Below, one piece after another: positions 20,392 through 29,676 of a stretch of DNA of 64,000 nt. The position numbers were made by a program, and so were the translations under genes. The DNA comes from an uncultured Planctomycetota bacterium. GTDB lineage: Bacteria; Planctomycetota; Phycisphaerae; Tepidisphaerales; Tepidisphaeraceae. Every line of letters begins with the position of its first letter. Position 1 is the stretch's first letter. The DNA lies in contig CAWJEN010000005.1 in assembly GCA_963841915.1 (NCBI GenBank), positions 1,024,001 to 1,088,000 on the forward strand. The letters run 5' to 3'. The notes beneath the pieces are model-generated. The model saw nothing but the letters and a program-made list of their open reading frames with translations, searched no databases and had not been told where the DNA came from.

Positions 20392-21460
20392 AAAAACCGC
20401 CCGGCATCCGTGCCAGATCCGCCGCCTGCTCGTGCCGGCGGGATCGACGGCATCCTTGGCGTCGGCGGTTGAGTTGTTCCGGCACACCTGAAGGCGGCGT
20501 GCCGGGAAAATCCGCCGGCCCGGGATCAGCGGGCGAGCGGAGGAAGTCGCGACCGGCAAAGCAACGTGGCGATCAGGCCGATGTTGCGGGCCGGCGGGTG
20601 CACCGGTGACGCCGCTGCGAGCTGACGCGGGAATCGTCTGCTCGCCCGTGCGTTCTACCCGGCGGCCGATGCGGTCGCGGGCCGCGCGGCTGGCGGGCAC
20701 GTCTGCGGGTGCCTGCCGTCGCGCGGTAAGGGGTGGCAAGACATCAAATCGGCAAGAGCAGCTCCGCTGCTGTTGTCAATTCGATGTCCTGCCCGGCATT
20801 CGCCGGGGGCGGCCGCTGCACAATCCCTGTGGGTCGGACGGCCTCGCGTGTCGCGGGCGACGTCCCCTCGGAATTGATTGACGCCACCGGCAACTGCCGC
20901 GTCTTTGTCTCTGCCCGACTCGCCCTCCGTGGAGGAGTCGCCGCTGGCTCCAAACCCGCTTCGCCCGTCGCAGATGCCCTGTGCCGGGGCGGCTGCGACG
21001 ATCGATGGGCCCGCAATCGACGGCTGGAACAAGTCCCGGCACGGCGAATTGCGGCGGCGTCTTCCCGTCCGTGGGAAGAGGCCGATAGAGCCTGAGGTGG
21101 CCAACATCCGTGTCGGCCCGGCTCGTTCAAAGACGCATGGGTGTGTCTGGTGTGACTCCTGGCCGGAGATCAGTGGGTGACGGCTGCGGCCACGGTGGCA
21201 CAGCTGCGTCGTGTTCCTTGCCCCCATCGCCTTGGCTGCGGAGGTGCCTGCCGGTGAAGGCAGTGGCACATCCTCGCGTCATGATCAAGCCCTTGGGCTG
21301 ACCGATGACGGGCGCTCGCGGCGGGGGCTGGCGGTGACACCAGCCTTGGTGTCGTTGCCGTTGTCTGGTTGTCGGGAAGACGGGCCATCCGTGCCGCGTC
21401 CTTAGTCTCTCCCGGTGCGGCAGTGCCGCTTCTCTCCGTGGGGCGATCCGTGCCCGTTCT
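20392..21460 (-). ncRNA. Putative structured GGA-rich RNA (CsrB/RsmZ-like) in the mraZ 3' region
   Basis: No credible ORF; about 11 ANGGA motifs on the minus strand (7 are CACGGA), many in hairpin loops; ends in a closing stem plus U5. Confidence 0.55.
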
Positions 21461-21463
21461 GTC

Positions 21464-21985
21464 TCAAACTGCCTTCGCGGCGGCGGCCTTGTAGCGGTCT
21501 GCCAGCTGCGGGCGTTGCTTGTTCTTCAGGTCGAGGTAAGCTCGCCATTCGGCCCGGGGCCAAAGCTGCAAGTGGTTCTGGACACCGACCAGAACAACGT
21601 CGCGGCCGAGCCGCTCGCGGTCGACACTCGACTCGGACAAGACGACCCGGCCCGCCTTGTCCGGCGTGAGGCGAAGCGCCTGGCCGAAGAGGACGAGCAT
21701 GTAGTCGAGCTGGTCGGGATCGGGCACCGGGTCGGTCGTGCTGGGTGCGACGTTGCGGCGGTAGTAGTGTTCCGGATACAGCCACAGTTGATCGTTAGGC
21801 CCCGTGATGAGAATGAAGCTCGAACCATCCCGTGTCTCGTCGAGCGCCTTTCGGACGTCGGCAGGAATGAGGAGGCGGCCTTTTTCATCAATGGTGAGAT
21901 CGTGGTTGCCGATAAAGAACGGGCCGGGTGCCGGCTGTTCCAAAGCGGGTGGTTGTTCGGTCGGGCTCGTCGCTGACGTGGTCAC
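21464..21985 (-). CDS. mraZ: Division/cell wall cluster transcriptional repressor MraZ
   Basis: Two AbrB-like repeats: IDEKGRLLIPA..R and DKAGRVVL...VLVGV.NHLQLW...W. Confidence 0.92.
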   Translation of the reverse strand: MTTSATSPTEQPPALEQPAPGPFFIGNHDLTIDEKGRLLIPADVRKALDETRDGSSFILITGPNDQLWLYPEHYYRRNVAPSTTDPVPDPDQLDYMLVLFGQALRLTPDKAGRVVLSESSVDRERLGRDVVLVGVQNHLQLWPRAEWRAYLDLKNKQRPQLADRYKAAAAKAV

Positions 21986-22063
21986 CTCGAGCTGGTCATC
22001 CCCGCGCTGCGTGGAAAGCCGCCGATGCGGCTTCGAGATCCACTGGCTGGGCTGACGTGGGAG

Positions 22064-22092
22064 AGCTTACCACTCTGCCCCACTGATGCCAA
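22064..22092 (-). promoter_or_regulatory. mraZ promoter with MraZ boxes
   Basis: Minus strand TTGGCA-17 nt-TAAGCT with an extended TG; GTGG-N6-GTGG (22083-22070) lies in the spacer. Confidence 0.75.
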
Positions 22093-22287
22093 GGTCGGCT
22101 CTTTTTTCGTGACGTGTGGCTGCAACGTGCCGCAAACTTAGTAAGATCGCCCGCCCGCCCGTCATCCTAATCGCCTAACGAATAACGGTTTGCGAACTTA
22201 TCTACGACCCATCAAGAATGAATGCGGGGAGCCGTCGCTTTTCGCGGGGCCTGCCATTCCTTCTAACGAGGGATGACCAACGACCTG

Positions 22288-22780
22288 CTAGAGCAGCGTC
22301 GAACCCATCCGGTGGGGCGTCGGCCCACACGCCTCCAGCCGCCGTGGTGTGGTTCTGTCGGCACGAAACGACATGCGTGTCAGCAAAGACCAGTCGGCGT
22401 CAGAACACGAAGTGGGTCGCCATCCCACCGGCAGCCAACGCAAGAACAAGCAGCGACAGGCGACGAAGCGGGCGATGAAGCCGCACCACAAGCGGAGACA
22501 AAGCGTTCACCAGCAACGTGGTCATGAGGACCGGAATCGACGGGACAACGGGCCGAGCCAGCGACAGCGCCTCTGCTGTCAACAGGCAGCACACCAATAC
22601 GAACAGCACGGCCGCTGATCGCGGGGTGCTTGCCGCCTGTGTCGCAAGCAGCAGCACACTCACGACAAGCGTTGCCGAGACGGCCCCACCTGCGTCCTCA
22701 GGCCACGCGGCCACGCACAGCAATGCTGCCAGGCCCAGGCCCGCCAACAGCGCGAGCGCGGTTCGCTCACCGCTTGAAGA
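22288..22780 (-). CDS. Hypothetical multi-TM membrane protein, probably frameshifted; boundaries uncertain
   Basis: Several hydrophobic segments in the 22400-22801 frame; possible continuation in another frame to 22288. Confidence 0.35.
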
Positions 22781-24237
22781 AGCTCTTGCCGTCGCCGTCA
22801 TACTTGCTCAAGCGGTTGTGAACGTACAGCCCTTCGAGGAGCAACTCTCCGCACCCGGCGAGTACTTGCGGATCGTCGGGGTCCATCTGCAGTGCCCGGC
22901 AGATCGTCCGCGCACCGTCTTTCAGGCCGTCTACAAGGCCCATGTTGTCGACGAACTCCTTCGCCGGCAGCTCATCGTCGGCCGGAAAGCTGAGGTTGCC
23001 CTCGAACTGTTCGCTGATGCCGTCAAAATCGTCGGGCGTGGCGACGGTGTCAAAGACGTTCTTGATCGCCTCGCCGATGAGACTCTTGATGAGCTTGTCC
23101 TCGCTGGCGTCGTCCTCGGCGAGCGTCATCTCGACCTTGCCGCGGGAGCTGGCGACAAGGTGCTGCAGATCGCACGGCCGAACGGCGACACGCTCTTCAC
23201 CGGTGAGAATGCCGCGACGCTCGGCGTTGCTGACAGCAGCTTCAAGGTTGGCGATGCTCGTCCGCACAGATACACCCGACGCCTGGACTGACGTGCGGAC
23301 TGGTGCGGGCGAGGCGGACGACTTCCTCGATAATGAGCTGCATGAACGGCGGCACCACCACCCCGACACCGCTGCCCGAGACGCCCTCGTTGCGGTCGAG
23401 CCACGCATTCTCCCGGGCGATCTCGATGCCTTCCTGGGCGGTGCTGGGGTAGTGCGTCCGAATGACGGTGCCGATGCGGTCCTTGAGCGGCGTGACGATG
23501 CGGCCTCGGTTGGTGTAATCCTCCGGGTTGGCGCTGAACGTCAGGAAAACGTCGAGCTCGAGGCGGATCGGATAGCCGCGGATCTGCACGTCGCGCTCTT
23601 CGAGCACATTGAACAGACCGACCTGGATGCGTGGCGAGAGGTCAGGCAACTCGTTGATGGCAAAGATGCCACGGTTGGCCCGCGGGATCAGGCCGAAGTG
23701 CATCGTCGTCTCGTCGCTGAGGTAGCGGCCCTCTGCGTGCTTGACGAGGTCGATTTCGCCGATGAGGTCGGCGATGGTGACATCTGGTGTGGCGAGCTTC
23801 TCCTGATACCGCTCGCGGCGGTGGACCCACTCGATGGGCGTGTCATCGCCATGCTCGGTGATCTTGCGGCGGCCGACCTGCGTGGCCGGATGGATCGGGT
23901 CGTCGTTGAGTTCGAGCCCGCCGATGACGGGAATCCACTCATCGAGCAGGCCCGGCAGCATGCGGAGGATGCGTGTCTTGGCCTGGCCGCGAAGGCCCAG
24001 GAACAGCAAGTCGTGCTTGGCGAGCAGACCGTTAACGATCTGCGGGACGACGCTGTCGCGGTACCCGCGGATGCCGGGGAACAGGTCGCTGCCGTCGCGA
24101 AGCCGCTGGATGAGATTCTTGCGCAGCTCGTCCTTTACGGGAAGGAACTGATAGTCCGTCTCCTTCAGCTGGCCCAGAGTGGCCGCGGCAGGGTGGTGGC
24201 TGGTGGTCTGGTTGATGGGGTTGCTGGTGGCGGGCAT
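22767..24237 (-). CDS. Mg-chelatase-subunit-I-like AAA+ ATPase, one +1 frameshift at about 23285
   Basis: GLRGQAKT Walker A variant, EKLATPD, INELPDL, NPEDYTNRGRIVTPLKDR; the C-terminal part (ASGVSVR...LEGLY) is in a second frame. Confidence 0.85.
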
Positions 24238-24342
24238 GGTTGCGTCGCTTTGATACGTCGGCCGACACAGGATGGTACGACGGCGGACTCTACTGAGCGG
24301 GGCGAGACGGATGGAACTCGTGAAAGTACAAGCGAATGAACG

Positions 24343-24373
24343 CAAGCGGCACGGCCGATGGCCGTGCCGCTTG
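24343..24373. terminator. Hairpin downstream of the PEP-CTERM gene
   Basis: 14-bp stem CAAGCGGCACGGCC-GAT-GGCCGTGCCGCTTG; no clear U tract. Confidence 0.55.
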
Positions 24374-24393
24374 CTGATTCAGATGGCGTTGGT

Positions 24394-25080
24394 TCAGCGC
24401 CTGCGACGCAGGGCGACGAGGCCCATCAGGCCGGCCGCACCGGCGGCCAGCGGCTCGGGGACCGGGATGGCGGTGGCACTGCCGGAGATATTCGCCGCCG
24501 CACCGCCGCCGACAGTGATCGTCAGGACGTTCGTGAGCGAATAACTGCCTACGACCGTCGTGTTGACGTCGCCGCTACCGGTCACCGTCGACTGGGGTGC
24601 CGACCCTGTGGCCGTTGCGGTCAGCAGGCCGGGCGTCGGGCCGACACCGAACGCAGTGTTGGAGTCGTCGATGAAGCTCTGGAACGTCACCGTCCTCGTC
24701 GGGATCGGGTTCGACCCACGATTGAGCGTGCCACCGAAGTCGCTGCTGAGGTGCACTGCACCGCTCGGGGCAGTGAAGTCGGTGTCCGTCACGCGGACGG
24801 TCAGCGTCGACTCGCCGGCAAAGAAGTTCGTGATCGAGATGTTGGTGACCTGCAAGGTCGCCTCGTTCGCGACGCCCGGGCTGTTCGACACAGCGGCTGT
24901 GACGTTGGCAATGTTGAAGTTGCCGACGGACCCGACTCCCGTGATGACTCCGTCGTTGTCGCCGTCCATGTAGACGGCCGTGTCGCCGCCGCTGGACACT
25001 TCGACGATGAACGCACCGCTTGCAATCGCAGGCACAGCGGCCATGGCAAGCAGGGTGGTGGTGATCAGTTTTGTGTGCAT
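24394..25080 (-). CDS. PEP-CTERM sorting domain protein
   Basis: Signal peptide, T/S/G-rich body, VPEPLAAGAAGLMGLVALRRRR. Confidence 0.9.
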   Translation of the reverse strand: MHTKLITTTLLAMAAVPAIASGAFIVEVSSGGDTAVYMDGDNDGVITGVGSVGNFNIANVTAAVSNSPGVANEATLQVTNISITNFFAGESTLTVRVTDTDFTAPSGAVHLSSDFGGTLNRGSNPIPTRTVTFQSFIDDSNTAFGVGPTPGLLTATATGSAPQSTVTGSGDVNTTVVGSYSLTNVLTITVGGGAAANISGSATAIPVPEPLAAGAAGLMGLVALRRRR

Positions 25081-25256
25081 TATCTCCCGTTTCCCCAGAA
25101 TAATCGGTGCAATCACCAATCGAGCTACATTCAGTGTCGGCCAAGTGCCGGCTGCCGCTTCATACGACAGTCACCACAGCATAGTCGGGCTCGGGCCTCT
25201 CGTGCAACCGGCAAACGCGTTGCGCGACATATTCATCGCACGCTCACATAGGCCGC

Positions 25257-26288
25257 CTAGCTGGTTGTGCCGGTTGTTTCGACTGGCACACTGTCACGCA
25301 GCTGCTCTATGGCTGCCTTTTGTTCGTCGTTGAGCAGGGTTGGCATGACGACCTTCAGGACAACGAACTGGTCGCCACGTTCGTCACCCTTTTGCATGCC
25401 TCGGCCCTTGATCCGAAGCTTGCGGCCGCTGCTGCTGCCGGGTGGGACGGTCAGCGTGATGTTGCCGTCGAGCGTCGGGACCTCGACCTTTCCACCCAGC
25501 AGGGCGTCCCAGACGCTGATCGACGCGTCACAGAGCACGTCGAGCCCATCCCGCCGAAAACGCGGGTGGTCGCGGACGGTGACGATTAAGATGAGATCAC
25601 CCGTCGTGCCGCCAGCTTTCTGGCCACGGCCACGCAGGCGGACACGCTGGCCGTCCTTGACACCTGCCGGGATCTTGGCCTCGACCTTCTCGCGCTCGCC
25701 TTGCGTCTTGAGCTGCACGGTTGTGCCGAAGGCGGCGTCGGTGAAGTCGATGGTGACCGGCACTTCGATGCTCAGATCCTGCGCCCGCGGCCTAGAGCGT
25801 GCGCCAGTCGCGTAGTCACCCGGGCCGGGCCTTGGGCGTTGCCCGCGTCGGCCGAACGGACCTGCCGAGCCGAAGAGGCCTTCGAAGACGTCACCGAAGC
25901 CGCTGTTCTTGAGATCTTCGAGGTCCTCAGGGTCGATGGTGCGTCCGCCGAACCCGCCCGGTGCTTGCCCGCCACCACCACCGCTGCGTCGGTAGGCCTC
26001 GAAGGGGTCAAAGCCCGGTCCGGCACCCGGCCTGCCGCCACCCATGCCACCGGGGCCACCCGCGCCGACGCCGGCGTGCCCGAACTGGTCATACATCTTG
26101 CGTTTGTCGGTGTCGCTGAGGACGTCGTAGGCCTCCTGGACTTCCTGAAACTTTCGGGCGGCGTCGGGGTCGTCCTTGTTGACGTCGGGGTGCAGTTTGC
26201 GGGCGAGCTTGCGGTGGGCCTTCTTGATCGCCGCGGCATCGGCAGATCGCGGGACTTCCAGAACGTCGTAGTAGTCGCGTGTGGCCAT
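25257..26288 (-). CDS. DnaJ-class chaperone without zinc finger (CbpA-like)
   Basis: J domain with HPD, G/F-rich linker, DnaJ C-terminal domains, no CxxCxGxG repeats. Confidence 0.9.
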   Translation of the reverse strand: MATRDYYDVLEVPRSADAAAIKKAHRKLARKLHPDVNKDDPDAARKFQEVQEAYDVLSDTDKRKMYDQFGHAGVGAGGPGGMGGGRPGAGPGFDPFEAYRRSGGGGGQAPGGFGGRTIDPEDLEDLKNSGFGDVFEGLFGSAGPFGRRGQRPRPGPGDYATGARSRPRAQDLSIEVPVTIDFTDAAFGTTVQLKTQGEREKVEAKIPAGVKDGQRVRLRGRGQKAGGTTGDLILIVTVRDHPRFRRDGLDVLCDASISVWDALLGGKVEVPTLDGNITLTVPPGSSSGRKLRIKGRGMQKGDERGDQFVVLKVVMPTLLNDEQKAAIEQLRDSVPVETTGTTS

Positions 26289-26373
26289 CGGGGACGTTCT
26301 TTATAGTGCCGTCCATGCCGGGCCGCCTATGCCCGTTGTGTCAAGCAGGTGCAACGCCTACGTTTGTGCGCAT

Positions 26374-27906
26374 ATGAGCGACTCCGCCAAAGGCACGCAG
26401 AAATTCGGCATCGTCGGCCTCGAAGTGATGGGCCGGAACATCGCCCTGAACATCGAGCGCAACGGCTACCCGATCGCCGTCTACAACCGAACGACAAGCA
26501 AGTCCGAGGAGTTCGTCGCCGACAATCCCGGCAAGAACATCGTCATGGGCAAGACCTACGAGGAGTTCGTCGACTCTCTCGAAAAGCCCCGTCGCATCCT
26601 CGTCATGGTCAAGGCCGGCAAGCCCGTCGACTACGTGCTCAATGACCTTAAGCCTTTGCTCGACAAGGACGACATGGTCATCGACGGCGGCAACTCACTC
26701 TTTACTGATACCGAACGTCGGGCCAAGGACATGGAAGCGGCAGGCTTCGGCTTCTTCGGTTGCGGCGTGTCAGGTGGCGAAGAAGGTGCACTCTGGGGCC
26801 CGTCGATGATGCCCGGTGGCACCGAGAAGCTCTACGACGAGGTCGACGAAATCCTCAAGAAGATCTCCGCCAAAGCTGAAGAAGACGGCGCGCCCTGCGT
26901 CACCTACCTCGGTAACGGTGGGGCGGGTCACTTCGTCAAGATGGTCCACAACGGCATCGAGTACGGCGACATGCAGCTCATCGCCGAGAGCTACGACCTG
27001 CTCAAGCGGGTCGGCGGGCTATCCAACACCGAGTTGGCCGACGTCTTCCGCGATTGGAACAAGGGCCAGGACCTGCAGTCGTTCCTGATCGACATCACCA
27101 TCGACATCTTCGCCTACGGCCAGGCCGCGGGCGACAAGGAAGATCTGATCGACCTCATCCGTGATGCCGCCAAGGCCAAGGGCACAGGTGCGTGGACGGT
27201 CCAGGCGGCGATGGATCTTGGCGTCAGCATCCCGACGATCGCCGAGGCCGTCATGGCCCGCAGCATCAGCGACCGCAAGGCCGAACGCGTCAAGGCCGAG
27301 GACGTGCTGAAGGGCCCCAAGCCCTCGACCGGCACCGGCATCGACAAGCAGCAGCTCATCAGCGACGTCCGGGCGGCGTTATACTGTTCGAAGATCTGCT
27401 CGTACGCCCAGGGCTTTACGCTCCTGCAGGCGGCCGACAAGGAGTACAACTTCGGCCTGCGGATCAAGGAAGTGGCCGGCATCTGGCGGGCGGGTTGCAT
27501 CATCCGGGCGGCCTTCCTGAACGACATCACCGCCGCGTTCGGCAAGCAGGAGGACTTGGCGAACCTGCTCATGACTGACCAGTTCGCCGGCGAGATCGCC
27601 GAACGGCAGGACGCGTGGCGTCGCATCGTCAAGCTCTCGGCCGAGCAGGGCGTGCCGACGCCGGGCTTCTCGACCAGCCTGGCCTACTACGACAGCTACC
27701 GCACCGCCCGGCTGCCGGCCAACCTCATTCAGGCCCAACGCGATTTCTTTGGCGCTCACACCTACGAACGGCTCGACAAGCCGGTCGGTGAGACATTCCA
27801 CACGCAGTGGAGCGACAAGCAACCGGCCCCGACCGAGGGCGGCGCAAGCACCAAGAGCAATGCAGCCGAAGAAGGCACGATGGCCGCCAATTGTGATGGC
27901 GACTGA
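26374..27906 (+). CDS. gndA: NADP-dependent 6-phosphogluconate dehydrogenase
   Basis: YNRT, IDGGNS, GVSGGEEGA, VKMVHNGIEYGDMQ, KGTG.W, QAQRDFFGAHTY. Confidence 0.96.
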   Translation: MSDSAKGTQKFGIVGLEVMGRNIALNIERNGYPIAVYNRTTSKSEEFVADNPGKNIVMGKTYEEFVDSLEKPRRILVMVKAGKPVDYVLNDLKPLLDKDDMVIDGGNSLFTDTERRAKDMEAAGFGFFGCGVSGGEEGALWGPSMMPGGTEKLYDEVDEILKKISAKAEEDGAPCVTYLGNGGAGHFVKMVHNGIEYGDMQLIAESYDLLKRVGGLSNTELADVFRDWNKGQDLQSFLIDITIDIFAYGQAAGDKEDLIDLIRDAAKAKGTGAWTVQAAMDLGVSIPTIAEAVMARSISDRKAERVKAEDVLKGPKPSTGTGIDKQQLISDVRAALYCSKICSYAQGFTLLQAADKEYNFGLRIKEVAGIWRAGCIIRAAFLNDITAAFGKQEDLANLLMTDQFAGEIAERQDAWRRIVKLSAEQGVPTPGFSTSLAYYDSYRTARLPANLIQAQRDFFGAHTYERLDKPVGETFHTQWSDKQPAPTEGGASTKSNAAEEGTMAANCDGD

Positions 27907-27915
27907 GTGAAAACT

Positions 27916-28371
27916 CTATTCGGCAGCGGCGTCGCGTTTCATCTGCTCGATGGATGGAAACGCCAAGGCGTCAGCCTGCGTGATCCACGTCATCACCTTC
28001 ACCTCGAGTCGACCCGCCTGAACAGACGGGTCGGCAGAGGCCAGTTCTGTGACAGTCTCGAGCGAGAGCGAGCCGTCGTACAGGCACATGCCACGCCAGC
28101 GATCGTCAAACTGATCGGCGAAGGGACCGGCAGCGAGGAGGTGCCCGGCCTCGGCCATCGCACGAAGATGGCCAAGGTGCGCTCGCTGCATGGCCATCGC
28201 CTCGGCAGGCGTGGCGGCAGGTGCATCTTCGGCCGCGGCAAGTAGGACAAAACGGTAGGTGTCGAAGGTCACCGGCGCGACCGTCGGTGCCGTCGTCGGC
28301 TGACCGAACGACATCGCCGCTGCGATAACGACGGCCATGAGAGACGCCGCGGCAAAGAGCTTTTGAGACAT
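27916..28371 (-). CDS. YciI/YCII-domain protein with signal peptide
   Basis: H..HL.....G.L..AGPF, DP.V.AG.L. Confidence 0.8.
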   Translation of the reverse strand: MSQKLFAAASLMAVVIAAAMSFGQPTTAPTVAPVTFDTYRFVLLAAAEDAPAATPAEAMAMQRAHLGHLRAMAEAGHLLAAGPFADQFDDRWRGMCLYDGSLSLETVTELASADPSVQAGRLEVKVMTWITQADALAFPSIEQMKRDAAAE

Positions 28372-28675
28372 CCCTCCAAGGTACCTGCCGCGGCAGAGCC
28401 GGTGCAAGCCATGCGAAGCGAACGTGTCTACTGGCTGTTCCTCGCGAGTTCCGCTCGGATCTCGTCCTGCCGCTGGCGTCTCAGGGCCGCTAGGACAATG
28501 GGTACCCACAGCTGATTTTCAACAGATTCTCCCGCATCTGCCTGACATCACCGCCGCCAAGAAGAAGCTCAACGAGCATGAAGCCGCGGGAGTGAATCGT
28601 TGTCTATCACGCCAAAGTTGTAAAATGACAGCGTGTCCTGCGGCCGCGAGTCGGTGGTGGCACAAGATGGTCCGG

Positions 28676-29101
28676 CTAACGGAAGATGATCTGCAACTGT
28701 CCGTCGATTTCCGCCAGTCCGCCGGTCAATCCGGCGTCGGCCATCGCCTTCAGCAGCGCGTCTTCTCCCTCAATCATTTCAACATGCCGCAGCGTCGGAG
28801 GCGTATCGATCATTGCCACATGCTCGAACGTTGCGGGGGCAGGCGGTAGAGCGTTGACGTGTGACGGCTCGACGACCGCACGCGGAGCCGGTGCCTGGGC
28901 AATCGGGTGAGGCGCTCGAGACGATGGCATGATCGACCACACTAGTGCTGCCGTCGCTGCTGCCGCCGAGACGCTTAGCAGTGCAACGCCGGCCCTTCGC
29001 TTCCGCTGCCGCGTTCGGGCAGCAGACTGAGCGAGTTTCAGGATTTTGTCCCGACGCAAGGCACCATCGGCTGACAAAGTGGTGGTGTCGTTCATAGTCA
29101 T
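28676..29101 (-). CDS. Putative single-TM anti-sigma factor
   Basis: Overlaps the ECF sigma stop codon; short basic N-terminus, one TM, Pro-rich linker. Confidence 0.55.
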   Translation of the reverse strand: MTMNDTTTLSADGALRRDKILKLAQSAARTRQRKRRAGVALLSVSAAAATAALVWSIMPSSRAPHPIAQAPAPRAVVEPSHVNALPPAPATFEHVAMIDTPPTLRHVEMIEGEDALLKAMADAGLTGGLAEIDGQLQIIFR

Positions 29102-29673
29102 CTCACTCCCATCGCGTTGGCCAGCCTCCGGAGAAGGCGTCGCAGCCGGCCGTCGACGGCTCCGGGACCCATTCCCGACGCATTTCCGACCTCGGTCAGA
29201 GTCTTTCCGTCTCCATAGCGGAGCGTCAGTAGGTTCCGCTCTGTGGCCGACAGCGTCGCCAGGGCGGCCGTCAGCTGTTCGATATCCTCGGGCGTTGCTC
29301 CTTCGTCTTTTGGTGCAAAAGCCGAGGCTTGATGACGTTGCTGCGTTTCATGCCGCGTCCGCCGTCGATCGCCGCGAAGGTGATCAAGGGCCGTGTTGAG
29401 CACAACACGTCGCACCCACCGGTCCCAATCTTCGACCGTCTGCATCGGCTTGCCATTGCGGACGATCTTGAGCGTGGCATCCTGGACGACGTCGAGTGCG
29501 CGCTGCTCGTCAAGGCCAGTGTGCTGTCGAACATCGGCGAGCATGCTGTCGAAACTCCGACGGTAGAACGCGTCGACCGCCCACGCCTCGCCGCGGCTCA
29601 GGGCAGCGGTGAGGCGGGGCGTGTCGTCGACACGATGGTTCGTCGGATCGGCCACGGCGGGTGCGGATGCCAC
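29098..29673 (-). CDS. ECF RNA polymerase sigma factor
   Basis: Region 2 DVVQDATL...W..RVVLN.ALD.LR; region 4 L..L...ER.LL.LRY..G.T..EVG. Confidence 0.88.
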   Translation of the reverse strand: MASAPAVADPTNHRVDDTPRLTAALSRGEAWAVDAFYRRSFDSMLADVRQHTGLDEQRALDVVQDATLKIVRNGKPMQTVEDWDRWVRRVVLNTALDHLRGDRRRTRHETQQRHQASAFAPKDEGATPEDIEQLTAALATLSATERNLLTLRYGDGKTLTEVGNASGMGPGAVDGRLRRLLRRLANAMGVR

Positions 29674-29676
29674 CGT

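Noticed and set aside
20392..21460. RNase P RNA, tmRNA or protein-coding explanation for the mraZ downstream region
   Set aside because: No GAGGAAAGTCC/AACAGAA..CGGCTTA RNase P signatures and no tRNA-like tmRNA ends; the ORFs there are R/P/A-rich with no recognisable family.
22767..24237. True magnesium chelatase indicating phototrophy
   Set aside because: No bchD/bchH or other chlorophyll genes; the motifs fit the VWA-associated chelatase-like ATPases.
28372..28675. Small RNA or ORF in this intergenic gap
   Set aside because: No convincing structure, motif or coding signal was recognised.
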